Shown here piece after piece: positions 63,251-64,000 of a stretch of 64,000 nt of DNA; position 1 is the stretch's first letter; every line of letters begins with the position of its first letter. Source of the stretch: Octopus vulgaris (lineage: Eukaryota); assembly GCA_951406725.2 (NCBI GenBank), contig OX597830.1:54126001-54190000 (forward strand), read 5' to 3'. The translations under genes and the position numbers were made by a program. The notes beneath the pieces are model-generated. The model saw only the letters and a list, made by a program, of their open reading frames with translations, ran no database searches and was not told where the DNA came from.

Positions 63251-64000
63251 TATGTATATATATAGGTGTGTATCGACATAAATTCACATACACACACACC
63301 CAAGTGGCACAGTTTATAAACGGAGAAGGAGAATAATATTAAAATTCTATGCTGTCCATGTACTTATTTACACTGTCGATGTTAGTCACACCACAAGCAG
63401 CAGTTTCTCTTTGTGGTGCTTTTGTATATTGTCACAGTTATGTAAATAGAAAGATAAATAGATATATTGTCAAAGTAGAATAAATACAGATATTGTTATA
63501 GTTAAGTAGATACAGAACGATATTGTATTGAGTGAAGTAAGCGTCGCTATAATTTTTGGAGCGAACACGATCATTTCCTCAGTTTATGAAGAACATATAT
63601 ACACTCACCACAAGGAGATATAAACACTGAATAAGGATTTAGCTATATTTATATATACAAGTTGCATGTATACGTATGTATGTATGTATGTATGTATGTA
63701 TGTATGTATGTATGTATGTATGTATGCATGTATGTATGCATATATGCATGCATGTATGTATGTATGAATGTATGTATGTATGCATGCATATATTTGTATG
63801 TGTGTGCGTGTATATATATATAAATAAATAAAATTATATGTTAGGGTATCTAAGAGATACCATCACGTTGGAAATAGCAGCCAAAACTTGATTCTAAAAC
63901 CACATTAAATGTTCATACAGCACCACGTACATACATACATACATACATACATACATACATACATGTACATACCTACATAATTTCCATACAGATTTCCATG

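Overview
Repeat-dominated eukaryotic DNA, most likely from an octopus or other coleoid cephalopod, judged from the tRNA-derived SINE families, RTE tails and dense microsatellites. No intact protein-coding gene is supported. The centre (10.17-40.39 kb) is telomeric-type sequence: a (GGCCA/GGGCCA)n tract, a 100-N gap, then (CCCTAA)n tracts alternating with about 25 kb of (TTTTAA)n. The GGCCA and TTTTAA tracts match known nanopore mis-calls of (CCCTAA)n and (TTAGGG)n, so the true structure is probably (TTAGGG)n - gap - (CCCTAA)n. Both outer junctions of this block carry the same ~50-bp motif in inverted orientation, and a near-identical 0.3-0.4 kb spacer with an RTE tail interrupts the array twice. 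The flanks hold degraded Tc1/mariner, RTE, L1/Tx1-like, R4/Dong-like and Gypsy remnants, non-autonomous Helitrons, MITEs, tandem SINE arrays, and several Penelope/retrozyme-like fold-backs with hammerhead ribozyme cores. All calls were made by eye without database searches, and many coordinates are approximate.
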